A stretch of 64,000 bases of DNA from an uncultured Thermoleophilia bacterium (GCA_963702475.1 CAVPCT010000005.1:992001-1056000), one strand, 5' to 3'; positions 30,422-40,690 are shown, counted from the first letter of the stretch. Translations and numbers: made by a program. Notes: generated by a model from the letters alone, not told the origin.

Positions 30422-32143
30422 ATGCCGAGTCACTCACAGCGCCGCCTTCGGCTGTCCACTCTTCTCGCAGTTGTCGGGCTATGCTCGCTCTTGGCGCTGC
30501 CAGCACTCGGCTCTCAGCTGTACTTCCGGCACGACGACGCCTCCTTCGTCCTGCTCTCCGCGCGATTCCACGGATCATGGCTTGCCGTTTTCAGCACTGA
30601 CCCCGATGTCAACACCTGGGGCACGCTTGGCGGTCTGAGCGGCTACTATCGTCCCACAGCCTACCTGCTCGCGCTGGGGCTCATACGGACCTTCAACGCG
30701 AACGCCGCTGTACTGATGGCTCTGGCGGGCGCCGCGATGGCCGGCGCAATCGCGCTCTTCTACGTCGCAGCGAGGGCGGTCGCTGACCCGAGAAGAGCGA
30801 CCATAGCCTTGTACGTGGCTCTGTTCGCAGGCACCACGCTCTTGTACCAATCCTTCCGGCTCGTGGTGCCCTGGGGCTATCTGGAGATCATGGCCGCCCT
30901 GGCATGCATGCTCGCCGGTGCGCAACGACGCAGCACAGCGCTGATCCTGCTCGGCGGCCTGTTCTGGGTGCTCTCCTCATCTCGCCAGTCGGCGCTGCTG
31001 CTGGTTCCACTTGTGGTAGTCACCGCCCTGGCGACCGTTCCTTCACTGACGAAGGCCTGGCCCTCGCCGGCGGCGGCCCTGAGGCGGTTCGCGCTCCTGC
31101 TCGGTCCTTTCGCGCTCGCGATCGCCGTGATGCTGATCGTGGGAGGCCTCAGTCGCGGATCTGGGGGCATGTCAGCGGATCCTGCCTACCTCGCTCAGCG
31201 TTATCGCTTCTACGCGGACACGCTGTTCGGGGGGCCGCGCGCCCTCCTGCTCGTTCCGGTCTTCTACAACGCTCTCCTCCTCCGACGCCGGCCGGTGGGG
31301 AACGGCCGCAGTGTCGCCGCAGGCCTGAGCTTGTCGGTGCTGGCCTTGTCCTGCGCAGCGACCGTGATCGTCGGCCTGGTCAGTGCACTCGGCCCGCTCG
31401 CTCTGCTGGTGGCGGGAGCGCTCGGTGCGCGACGTGACCGCACCCTGCTGGTTGGCGTCGTCTGGTTCTGCGTGGGCTTCTCGATCTACCTCGTGCCCGC
31501 CTACTACCACCAGGCGTACAGCCTCGAAGCGTTCCTGGGTCTTGCACTCACGACAGCCTGCTGCACGCCGCTGCTTGCTCGCGACCTGTGGGCGACCGCT
31601 ACCTCTCTGTGGAGCGCGGGGCGCATGGTCCGCGGTGTCATGCTCACGGGCGCCGTGATCGCGCTGGTGCTGTGCGCCGTAGGCGGACTGGCGACGGGGC
31701 CGCGGGCATTCGCGTCGGCTCGCGCGGCCGTCACTGGACTGGTGGACAACAATCGCACGTTCCAGCAGTCCGTCGCGTACCTCTCGGCGCTTGACACGGG
31801 CGGCGATGCAACGGTCCTGGCTTTCTCAAACAGGCAGCGCGGGCTGTCGAATGCGGACTGGCGCAGCCGTGGCCTGACCTATCGGGCAACAGTCGTGCCG
31901 GTCATGGATCTTCCTGAGATCCAGGATCTTCTCGACGCTCTCAGGGGACCTGGCCTGACGTTCGTCCCATACGGAAGGCCGGGACATGTCAGTGTTCCTG
32001 CGGACCGACCGCTCTACGGCCTGGCGTTCGGCGAGGCCGAGGCCGAGGAGATGGCTCAGTCATGGGCGGCGACGGAGGTCGCTCACATCGCGAACGGAGA
32101 CGCCACCACCACCATCTTCAGGCTTCGGGCACCCAAGCCGTAG
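30422..32143 (+). CDS. Polytopic membrane protein, probable GT-C (ArnT/PMT-like) glycosyltransferase
   Basis: N-terminal TM followed by YFRHDD, YYRP motif, more than 10 hydrophobic segments and a soluble C-terminal domain. Confidence 0.6.
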   Translation: MPSHSQRRLRLSTLLAVVGLCSLLALPALGSQLYFRHDDASFVLLSARFHGSWLAVFSTDPDVNTWGTLGGLSGYYRPTAYLLALGLIRTFNANAAVLMALAGAAMAGAIALFYVAARAVADPRRATIALYVALFAGTTLLYQSFRLVVPWGYLEIMAALACMLAGAQRRSTALILLGGLFWVLSSSRQSALLLVPLVVVTALATVPSLTKAWPSPAAALRRFALLLGPFALAIAVMLIVGGLSRGSGGMSADPAYLAQRYRFYADTLFGGPRALLLVPVFYNALLLRRRPVGNGRSVAAGLSLSVLALSCAATVIVGLVSALGPLALLVAGALGARRDRTLLVGVVWFCVGFSIYLVPAYYHQAYSLEAFLGLALTTACCTPLLARDLWATATSLWSAGRMVRGVMLTGAVIALVLCAVGGLATGPRAFASARAAVTGLVDNNRTFQQSVAYLSALDTGGDATVLAFSNRQRGLSNADWRSRGLTYRATVVPVMDLPEIQDLLDALRGPGLTFVPYGRPGHVSVPADRPLYGLAFGEAEAEEMAQSWAATEVAHIANGDATTTIFRLRAPKP

Positions 32144-32173
32144 GGAAACGTCCAGAGGCGGACTGCACAGCGA

Positions 32174-32542
32174 TCAGCCTCTCGCGACCAAGACAAGGCC
32201 TACGACAACAATGGCGATGCCGGACCATCGCGCCACACTGATCGACTCACCGAGCAGCAATGCACTGAGAATCGCGGTCGCAACGAAGGCCAGACTCATG
32301 AACGGATACGCCGCACTCAGGTCAAGACGAGACACAGCGGCAATCCAGGCGAGCGACGCAGCGAATGCCAGCGCGAGACTCAGGAGCACCAGCGGGTCGA
32401 GCAGTGCGCGGCCGATGAAGCCAACTGCGGCTGTAGCGTCGTCAGGAATACTCCCCCGCCGGCCCATGGCGAACTTGAGGATCATCTGACCGGACACAGT
32501 GCCCACCAGGCACAGAGCGACAAACACCCAGGCACGATTCAT
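32174..32542 (-). CDS. SMR/EamA small membrane protein (ArnE/ArnF-like flippase subunit)
   Basis: GQMILK, LDLSAAYPFMSL, LLGESIS; 4 TM, 122 aa. Confidence 0.85.
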   Translation of the reverse strand: MNRAWVFVALCLVGTVSGQMILKFAMGRRGSIPDDATAAVGFIGRALLDPLVLLSLALAFAASLAWIAAVSRLDLSAAYPFMSLAFVATAILSALLLGESISVARWSGIAIVVVGLVLVARG

Positions 32543-33702
32543 GATGCCTGCCCGACGGCTCGTCGGCATGCGGCAACAACACGCTCCACCTGCTCCTCCC
32601 GAAGTGACGGATATAACGGCAACGAGACCACGGCATCCCCAGCGGCTTCGGCGACGGGCAACATTCCCGGCCTGAAGCCGAACGCTTCGCGATAGTAGGG
32701 ATGCAGGTGGACCGCGCGGAAGTGCACGCCCACGCCCACACCCTGGCTCTGAAGAGCCTGGATGAAGGCATCGCGGCTGACTCCTGCGTCCTGCCCTACT
32801 CGCACGACATAGAGGTGGTACGCAGTCGTCACGTAGTCTCTGCGACTCAACGGCTCCAAGCCCTGAGTGTCTCCCAGAGCCTCGTCGTACATCTCAGTCA
32901 AGGAGCGGCGGCGGCGCCAGAACCCGGCGAGGCTGTCCATCTGGGCGTCAACAAGCGCAGCCTGAAGGTCGAACATGTTGTACTTGAATCCGGGAGCGAC
33001 GACATCCCAGTGCCGATACCCCTCGTCACTGTACCGCTTCCAGGCGTCCCGGCTTATCCCGTGCAACGCAAGAACTGAGACCCGGTCGGCCAGGGCGGCG
33101 TCATTGGTGGTGAGCATCCCGCCCTCGCCGCAGGTGACGTTCTTCGTAGCATAGAAGCTGAACGCCGCCGCAACCCCAAGAGATCCCGTAGGCCGACCCC
33201 GGTACTCCGCCTCGATAGCGTGCGCGGCATCCTCGATGACGACGACTCCTCGGCCTTTCACACAGTCCGCGATCTCGTCCATGTCGCAGGGGTGCCCAGC
33301 GAAGTGGACCGCAATGATGGCGCGGGTGCGGGGCGTGACCACGGCCGCCAACGACTCGGGATCCATGTTGAGCGTGTCCGGCTGCACGTCGCAGAAGACG
33401 GGCGTCGCGCCAGCATGCACGATCACGTTGGCCGTGGAGGCGAAAGTGATCGGCGTCGTGATGACCTCATCGCCTGGACCTACGCCCAACGCCACCAGTG
33501 CGAGGTGCAGCGCCGCTGTGCAGCTGTTGGTCCCCACCCCGTGAGCGCAGCCGCGGAAGGCGGCAAAACGCTTCTCGAGCGCCTTGGTGCGGGCTCCTGT
33601 CGTCAACCAACCGGAGCGAAGCACAGCCAGTACGGCTTCCTCTTCGGCGAGGCCGAGTGACGGGCGGTGGAACATGATGTAGTCGTCAGCGGGGGCAGTC
33701 AT
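32539..33702 (-). CDS. DegT/DnrJ/EryC1/StrS (ArnB/WecE-like) sugar aminotransferase
   Basis: SGWLTTG, EDAAHA, FSFYATKNVTCGEGG, VSLPLYP. Confidence 0.95.
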   Translation of the reverse strand: MTAPADDYIMFHRPSLGLAEEEAVLAVLRSGWLTTGARTKALEKRFAAFRGCAHGVGTNSCTAALHLALVALGVGPGDEVITTPITFASTANVIVHAGATPVFCDVQPDTLNMDPESLAAVVTPRTRAIIAVHFAGHPCDMDEIADCVKGRGVVVIEDAAHAIEAEYRGRPTGSLGVAAAFSFYATKNVTCGEGGMLTTNDAALADRVSVLALHGISRDAWKRYSDEGYRHWDVVAPGFKYNMFDLQAALVDAQMDSLAGFWRRRRSLTEMYDEALGDTQGLEPLSRRDYVTTAYHLYVVRVGQDAGVSRDAFIQALQSQGVGVGVHFRAVHLHPYYREAFGFRPGMLPVAEAAGDAVVSLPLYPSLREEQVERVVAACRRAVGQAS

Positions 33703-33735
33703 CTCCGAGTGCCCTATCCCAGCTCGCCTGGGGCA

Positions 33736-34761
33736 TCAGTGATACTCGATCCTGCCGGACGCCGCGCGCACCGGGACTACCTTCATCCACTCGAGCTTCC
33801 TCCACCACGCCTCATTCTCGACGTACCAGCTGATGGTGCTCTGCAGGCCGCCTTCGAAGCTCACCTGAGGACTCCATCCGAAACGAAGAGTGAAGCGCGA
33901 TGCGTCGGCCACGTGTTTGGCGACCTGACCAGGCCTGTCGCCGATGTGTTCAACGGGACCACACCGCCCGCCGAACGCCTCGCATACGGATTCGGCTATG
34001 CCAAGCACGCTGACGGCGCGACCGGTACCCAGGTTGTACACCTCGCACGGAGCGCTTCGGGCGGGCTCGTGGTCGAGGAGAAGCGCCAGGGCGCGGACAG
34101 TGTCATTGACGTGAAGCCAGTCCCGCATGGCCGTGCCTTCGCCGTGGACAGTCATGGCACGCCCATCGATGGCGCTCGTGATGAAACGAGGCACCACCTT
34201 CTCGAGGTGCTGGTGCGGACCGTAGTTGTTGAAAGGCCTCACGATGACTGCGGGAATGCCGTACGTCGCCTGATAGGAGTACACGAGGCGGTCTGCCCCC
34301 GCCTTCGCGCTCGCATACGGGCTGAGCGGGTTCAGCGGATGATCCTCGTCCATGGGCTCGTGCATCGCTGTTCCGTAGACCTCGGACGTAGAGATATGGA
34401 CGAACACGCGGACGCCGCTTGCCTTGGCGACCGCGTTGGCTACCGTCTGAGTACCAAGCACATCCGTCGTGAAGAACAGCGAGTTGTCATAGATGGAACG
34501 GGCCACGTGAGACTCTGCAGCGAAGTGCACGACTGCGTCGGCCTTCTGCACCAGGTCGTGTACAAGGTCGCCGTTGCACACGTTGCCGTACCAGAATGAG
34601 AACCGCGGATCAGCGCGACACTGCTCGTCGAAGTTCTCGATGTTGCCGGCGTACGTCAACGCATCAAGCACCATGAGCTCGTCGTCTGGCCGCGTGGCCA
34701 TGACGTGTTTCACGAAGGTGCTTCCAATGAAGCCGGCTCCGCCAGTCACGAGAACGCGCAT
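33736..34761 (-). CDS. rfbB: dTDP-glucose 4,6-dehydratase-like SDR
   Basis: TGGAGFIGS, DALTYAGN, HFAAESHV, PYASAK, NNYGPHQHLEK, RDWLHV. Confidence 0.85.
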   Translation of the reverse strand: MRVLVTGGAGFIGSTFVKHVMATRPDDELMVLDALTYAGNIENFDEQCRADPRFSFWYGNVCNGDLVHDLVQKADAVVHFAAESHVARSIYDNSLFFTTDVLGTQTVANAVAKASGVRVFVHISTSEVYGTAMHEPMDEDHPLNPLSPYASAKAGADRLVYSYQATYGIPAVIVRPFNNYGPHQHLEKVVPRFITSAIDGRAMTVHGEGTAMRDWLHVNDTVRALALLLDHEPARSAPCEVYNLGTGRAVSVLGIAESVCEAFGGRCGPVEHIGDRPGQVAKHVADASRFTLRFGWSPQVSFEGGLQSTISWYVENEAWWRKLEWMKVVPVRAASGRIEYH

Positions 34762-34763
34762 AA

Positions 34764-35756
34764 CTACTCCCCCCCTGGGCTCTCAGACCACCAGTGGAGT
34801 GTGACCTGACCACTGGCGCAGAGTCGAAAGCCGAGCTTCATGTACAGGCTGATGGCGGCACCGTTCGCAGCTGCCACCGTCGACGTTGCGTACCGAGCCA
34901 ACGAACAGGCATCGTCGAGCACATCACAATACATCCTATAGCCGTGACCACGGCCTGCTTGATCGGGAGCGACCGCATCGAGCACGAGACTCACGACAGC
35001 TTTCCCGTCATCGCCAGCTTGATCCAGAATCTCGTAGAGGAAGAAGCCGGCGACCCTCCCATCTATCACGAGGACGCGACTGCGGCGCCCAGGGTGTTGT
35101 TCTTGGTGCCAGGTGTCGACCCACCGCTCGTATACCCCGTCGGCCAACTGGCCGGCGAAACGTGCGTCTCGATGGAACCGGTCCGTTCGAAAGGCGTTGC
35201 GCGCGATCAGTCTCATCGCCGGAAGATCGGCAGTGTCGGTCGGACGGGTGACGCTGTGGGACCTTCTCTCCCACGAAGCCATGTCGCGCCACGGATTGAG
35301 GACCACCTCCTGGAAGCCGAACCCTCTGGCTTCGAGGCCACGAATGACGCCGAAGGCATCACAGGAGACTCGCGCCGAGCACATCTTGGCGCCCTGACTC
35401 AGCAGCTCGTCGACGCAACGGTCGGCGAGCAGCCGCAACGCAGACGCGCTGTCTCCGTGCAGGTGTTCGATCCGCCCGACCCCGAAGCCGAAGTGCGCGC
35501 GGTCCCAGTCTGGAAACGTGAGAACGGCGAGACCGGACAGCCTCCCTTGTCTCAGTGCAGCCCAGCTGCGCGCATCCCCTCGAGCCGCGTCGCTGACGAT
35601 GCGGTCCGCCAGGCAGAGTTCTCGGTGGGTGCCGAAGGGCTGATCGACGAGCAGGAGTGGCTTCGCGCACTCGGCGAGGAGCTCACGGACAGCCGCCGGA
35701 GAGATGCCCACAAGCGGGACGATGTCATGCTGCTCACCCGGGTGTTCGCTCACCAT
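34764..35756 (-). CDS. GNAT N-acetyltransferase, WecD (dTDP-4-amino-4,6-dideoxysugar acetyltransferase)-like
   Basis: DWDRAHFGFGVGRI, DRFHRDARF...YERWV, AGRGHG, NGAAISLYMKLGF. Confidence 0.8.
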   Translation of the reverse strand: MVSEHPGEQHDIVPLVGISPAAVRELLAECAKPLLLVDQPFGTHRELCLADRIVSDAARGDARSWAALRQGRLSGLAVLTFPDWDRAHFGFGVGRIEHLHGDSASALRLLADRCVDELLSQGAKMCSARVSCDAFGVIRGLEARGFGFQEVVLNPWRDMASWERRSHSVTRPTDTADLPAMRLIARNAFRTDRFHRDARFAGQLADGVYERWVDTWHQEQHPGRRSRVLVIDGRVAGFFLYEILDQAGDDGKAVVSLVLDAVAPDQAGRGHGYRMYCDVLDDACSLARYATSTVAAANGAAISLYMKLGFRLCASGQVTLHWWSESPGGE

Positions 35757-36736
35757 CGCCCAGAATCTGTTGACTGACGATGAAGTACGGGCGCCCCTGG
35801 ACCTGCAGGTAGATGCGGCCAACATACTCGCCGACGATGCCGATCGCCGCCATCTGTGCGCCCAACAGGAAGAGCAGCACGGCAAGGAATGTGACAAGAC
35901 CGACTGGACCCGAGCCGTAAAGCAATCGCCATCCGGCCATGACTACGCCCGCACCCAAGCCGAGAACCGACAGACCCAGTCCTGTCAGGGACACAGCCTG
36001 GAGCGTCCCGGTGCTGAAGCCTGTGAGAAGGTCGAAGTTCATCTTGATGAGGCGCCAGTAGCTGTACCGCGAACGCCCCGCGACGCGTTCGTGGTGCTCG
36101 ACTGGCACTTCGACGATCTGTACGCCGAGCCACGAAACCAGGGCCGTGATTGCCTTGTTGACTTCGGGGCACGCTTGGACCTGCTCGACGACCGTTCGCT
36201 TGTATGCACGAAGCATGCAGCCGTAGTCATGAAGCTTGACCTTGGTCACCATGGCAATGGCGATGTTGATGAGACGTGACGGCAGCGTTCGCGCCCGGCT
36301 GTCTTTGCGGAGTGTCCGCCAGCCGCTCGCGACATCGCAGTCCGGCCCCAGCCGGGCGACGAGCTTGGGTATCTCCTCGGGCGGGTTCTGCAGATCGGCA
36401 TCCAGCGTGACGACCACGTCCCCGCGCGCCGCCGCGAAGCCTGCCGACACCGCCGGGTGCTGTCCGAAGTTGCGCTGAAGCCGGACACCCACAAGCTGAG
36501 GGTGTGACGCCGCAGCCGCCTGGATCTGCTCCCATGTCCCATCTGTTGAGCCATCGTCGACGATGATCAGCTCGAAGCTGCCCAAAGGCGAGACGGCAGC
36601 GTGAGTACGTCTGACGAGCTCCGCGATGTTGGCTTCCTCGTTGTACGCAGGAATCACTACTGAGATGTCAGGCGCAAGAGCCCCGTTCCCTGACCGCCGG
36701 TCCCCGATGATTCGCGTCCCCTTGTTCTGGCATCAT
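35734..36736 (-). CDS. GT2 polyprenol-phosphate glycosyltransferase, ArnC-like (probable indel near the start)
   Basis: PDISVVIPAYNEE, DDGSTD, RNFGQHPA, DADLQNPPEEIP, DYGCMLRAY, two C-terminal TMs, GEYVGRIY. Confidence 0.9.
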
Positions 36737-37058
36737 CTGATGCCCACAGTTTCCTTTCGCGCGCGGAGAATCCTACCCAGTAGAGCATCAAGCCAGATGG
36801 TGGCATCACTCCGCCGGTCGCCATGCCCCGCACGCAGTCGGTTTCCCCTACCGGTACTCGCCGTCGGTCACATCACTGCTCCGAACGGCCTCGAGTGTGT
36901 CCCAGTCGCCGTCTGTTCGGCGGCCAGCCTTCGCAGGCCCAACCCTGCAGGAGTCCGACTTCACCCCGACTGGCGGGGGTTCGCCACCGCAGGCGCCCCC
37001 CGCCGCCGTCTCCGCGCAACTTCTGGAGCTTGAGGCGGGGTCGTGGTTTACTCCACTC

Positions 37059-37448
37059 ATGCCAGAGCAACTATGGGACATTGTGCGGCCAGACCAGCTC
37101 TGGAGCGTTGTACGTGCAGTCGTCGTTGTCGTCCTTCCGCTCCTGGCAGTTGTGTGCTTCGTCATCGGGATTGTACTTAGAGGGAAGTGCCCAGTATGGC
37201 TGCTCGTGACAGCGGCCATCGTGCCCTTCGGCTACGGTTCGCTGGCTCTCTTCTCACTGTACAAAGACGGCATCGACTGGTGGACCCTGGCCGGCATACT
37301 GATGGCAGTCGCGTTGGGACTTCTCATCTGGGCCATGCCGGCAGCACGCCGAGGGCGGTCATATCGGCGCCTTTCGACTCTGTTGGGATTGATGATGCCG
37401 CTCCCCGTCGTTGCCTACGCGATCTACCTGTGGGTGTCGGTGACGTAG
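37059..37448 (+). CDS. Small hypothetical 4-TM membrane protein
   Basis: Four hydrophobic segments in ORF 36897..37448; ATG at 37059 chosen as likely start. Confidence 0.55.
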   Translation: MPEQLWDIVRPDQLWSVVRAVVVVVLPLLAVVCFVIGIVLRGKCPVWLLVTAAIVPFGYGSLALFSLYKDGIDWWTLAGILMAVALGLLIWAMPAARRGRSYRRLSTLLGLMMPLPVVAYAIYLWVSVT

Positions 37449-37638
37449 ACGTCGACCCTGATGGACCGAACGACCACGCCGGCATGGGGTTCCCGGCGCA
37501 AGCGCCGTGGCGCTCAACCTGATCCACGCCCTCGACCCGATGGCGCTCACCGCCGGTATCGTCATGGGGCGTGACGTACCTCGACCACGGAGTCCGCTGG
37601 CTGCTACGAACCGATCCGGTCGCCATGAGAATCTGGGT

Positions 37639-38631
37639 CTAGACGATTGATTCCACGAGATTGAGCCTGTCCAAGGGAAGCAAAGCAGAGAGGCCGAAGC
37701 CGACGGTGCCAAAGACACCGTCTGCCCGGAGGCCACGATGGACGCCGACCTCGTCACTCTCTGCACCGTCATCTCTTGCACAGCCGACGATCTTCTGCCA
37801 GAGGCCACGGGCCAACGCCCGGCGACGGATCACCGACGCCGAGCTCGTCACGCTCTGCGTCGCGTGAGGCGATCATGGGCATCCCGAGTGACCGGAGGTT
37901 CCTTGCGACGGCGCGCAAGCGGCTCGTGCACCTCTTCCCGGTCATGCCCACGCAAGCGCCTACCATAAGCGCCGCCGCAGGCTCGCGGAGCGCTCGAGTG
38001 GCTCCTGGGCGCACTTCGCCGCCGACAGCCCGGGCTTCAGCGATGACCTCCTGCTCTGCGACTCGACCCGGTGGAGTGCGGCCGCAGCCGCGAGACAGCG
38101 AAGCGCTCGGCACTCGGAGAGGCCGCGGGCTATGGCTACTGCGCCGCCGCACGCGCTGGTGCTGGGGCTTTCGCCTCCATCTCCTGGCCGCTCCCGACGG
38201 GACGCCGCGAGCCTTCACGCTCGCCGATCCGCGGCGCGACGAGCGTGAGGTGGCGCTCGAGCTGCTGGGGCGGGCGGAGCTCGCCGGCGAGGTGCTCGTC
38301 TGCGACAAAGGCTACGCCGGCCGGGACTTCGCCGACGCCGCAGGGGCGCTCGGCGTGCTCGTCGTGCGTCCGGTCGCGCAAGGACGAGCCAGGCCGGGGT
38401 CCTCACCTGGCCCCCATCCGCCAGCGCATCGAGTCGATCTTTCGGACCTGCAAAGACCTGCTCACCCTGGAGCGCCACGGGGCGCGCACCCTGGCCGGCC
38501 TGCATGAGCGCGTCCTGCAGCGGTTCTGCTGCCTGGCGGCCTGCATCAGCCTCAACCACCGCCTGGGCAGGCCGAGCCGGGCGCTGTCGACTACTGCGCC
38601 TGAAGCTGTGGGCGTGGAATCAATCATCTAG
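37639..38631 (+). mobile_element. IS982-family insertion sequence, full length, frameshifted transposase
   Basis: Terminal inverted repeats CTAGACGATTGATTCCACG / CGTGGAATCAATCATCTAG (18/19); MDADLVTL...TDAELVTL, DSTPVECGRSRET, CDKGY, RQRIESIF. Confidence 0.9.
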
Positions 38632-38878
38632 CTAGGCGGCAGCTGGTCGGCGCAGCGGCGGCTCCGGGCCCGCCATCGCTCCGGGTTGTGCCGCGAGCCT
38701 AGCGCTGCCAAGAGCGCCGGCGGTCCGAGCCAGCCCTGCAGCGAGAGACGCCCTTCCGGCGTTCTGTAACGCGACCGGCCACTGTGTCGGGGACTACCTG
38801 AGCGACGGCCGCATGTTGCCAGTGCTGGCGACGCCGACGGCGCACGCTCGTCGACGGGCCATCGATTCGCGCGTACTA

Positions 38879-38905
38879 TCAAGGACGCAGAGAGGATGCC
38901 GAGAT
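38879..38905 (+). promoter_or_regulatory. Putative sigma-28 (FliA/WhiG)-type promoter
   Basis: TCAAG-N14-GCCGAGAT about 65 bp upstream of ATG 38969. Confidence 0.5.
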
Positions 38906-38968
38906 TGACATGTCGTGCAAGCCTTTGCACCCAGCCGCGGGCACTCGGCGCAACCAGAAGGGGTACCA

Positions 38969-39385
38969 ATGAGAAAGCATGTCGTCATCGTCGTCTTGGT
39001 GCTGTGTCTCGTCGCCCTATTCGCAGTCACCGCGCCTCCAAGCAGCGCGCGCGTCTACTACAACTCGCCGGGGTACTGGGCCAACCACGTGAGCGCCTGG
39101 TACACCTGGGACACCGGGTGGACCTTCGGGGGCGTGACCTACACCGACCCTGCCGTTCCAGCCGGGCTGATGCTGACCCCGCCAAAGGGAGACAAGACCT
39201 GGACGGTGTTCAACACGGTCGTGGCCGCGGAGCTCAACGCCCAGCCCAGCACGTGGCCAGACAAGTTCCTCCTCAACCGGTGGCTCATGGCGCATCCGTT
39301 GGGCAGCGACGTCAGGGGAAGCAGCGCTGCATGGCAGGAGATCGAGCCCGTCGTCAACGCGCTCCAGGCTACCTTCACAATGTGA
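38969..39385 (+). CDS. Small secreted protein of unknown function
   Basis: Signal peptide MRKHVVIVVLVLCLVALFAVTAPPSSA; Trp-rich motifs SPGYWANH, GDKT, VAAELN, HPLGSDVRGSSAAW. Confidence 0.75.
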   Translation: MRKHVVIVVLVLCLVALFAVTAPPSSARVYYNSPGYWANHVSAWYTWDTGWTFGGVTYTDPAVPAGLMLTPPKGDKTWTVFNTVVAAELNAQPSTWPDKFLLNRWLMAHPLGSDVRGSSAAWQEIEPVVNALQATFTM

Positions 39386-39606
39386 CGCTTCGTCTCTCCC
39401 GTGCGATACGCGCGTCGGCGACCCGTGGCGGCTGGCACGGGGTCGCCGTCTCTCCTGGGCCCGAACGCTCGATGACCGCGTCCGCCTCGCTCACGCACGA
39501 AGGGCCCCGCTGCCCGTGACGCGTCGGCGGGTTCTCCGGGATCGACCGGCCAACGCCCAGCGCTGACGCGCCCGCCCGCCGACTCTCTGGCGGTCGGCGC
39601 CCGCTC

Positions 39607-39742
39607 TCACTGCACCTTCAGTCTGCCTGCCGCTCACGGCCTGCGGGTTGCCGGCCTGGTCGGTGGCGAGCACGGATCAGGTGTACGTGCCCGCCTGCTG
39701 GGCGCACTCCAACTGGTACGCCAGCGCTGCAGACGCCCACGT
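39607..39742 (-). pseudogene. C-terminal remnant of a secreted-protein gene
   Basis: Translates ...LECAQQAGTYT*SVLATDQAGNPQAV.../RLKVQ*, homologous to the C-terminus of 42696-44277 (WNCTLRRGNYRFFIYATDEAGNAQEKVGVGRLTVR). Confidence 0.65.
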
Positions 39743-40518
39743 TCAGTGTCCTCTCCGTGAGGCCGCCCTAGACGATTGATTCCACTAGATTGAGCCTGTC
39801 CAAGGGAAGCAAAGCAGAGAGGCCGAAGCCGACGGTGCCAAAGACACCGTCTGCCCGGAGGCCACGATGGACGCCGACCTCGTCACTCTCTGCACCGTCA
39901 TCTCTTGCACAGCCGACGATCTTCTGCCAGAGGCCAGGGCCAACGCCCGGCGCCGGATCACCGACGCCGAGCTCGTCACGCTCTGCGTCGCGTGAGGCGA
40001 TCATGGGCATCCCGAGTGACCGGAGGTTCCTTGCGACGGCGCGCAAGCGGCTCGTGCACCTCTTCCCGGTCATGCCCACGCAGAGCGCCTACCATAAGCG
40101 CCGCCGCAGGCTCAGCGCAGCGCTTGAGTGGCTCCGGGCGCACTTCGCCGCCGACAGCCCGGGCTTCAGCGATGACCTCCTGCTCTGCGACTCGACCCCG
40201 GTGGAGTGCGGCCGCAGCCGCGAGACAGCGAAGCGCTCGGCACTCGGAGAGGCCGCGGGCTATGGCTACTGCGCCGCCCGCACGCGCTGGTGCTGGGGCT
40301 TTCGCCTCCATCTCCTGGCCGCTCCCGACGGGACGCCGCGAGCCTTCACGCTCGCCGATCCGCGGCGCGACCGGGGACGGCGTCCCCTACTGCATCTTCC
40401 CGACCGCGAGCAGCCCGACCTGGCAGGTGCAGTCGGCACGCCGGACAAACCAGTCCATCCCCTGACTTGGCCGCGTTCGGATCGAGTGGCCTGCCATTGC
40501 TCATCGAGAGGACACTGA
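39743..40518. mobile_element. Degenerate IR-bounded element (IS remnant or MITE) containing the second IS982 copy
   Basis: Ends TCAGTGTCCTCTCCGTGA / TCATCGAGAGGACACTGA (13 bp perfect, 16/18 overall). Confidence 0.5.
39768..40371 (+). mobile_element. IS982-family copy 2, 3'-truncated
   Basis: Same left IR and nearly identical sequence to 37639-38240; homology ends at CGCGGCGCGAC. Confidence 0.9.
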
Positions 40519-40690
40519 GAGGCACCCGACAGAGCAGACGGCCGGGCGGACTCAACAACCAGCGTCAAGAAGGCTCGCAGTGACGACAGACGCGCCCGAC
40601 TCCTACGGGAACGTCTGTACGCCAATGACACCCTGCTTCGCGGAGCTGCCAAGGCAGGCGTCCTGTCCCGGAATTGCCGGGACAGGACGC

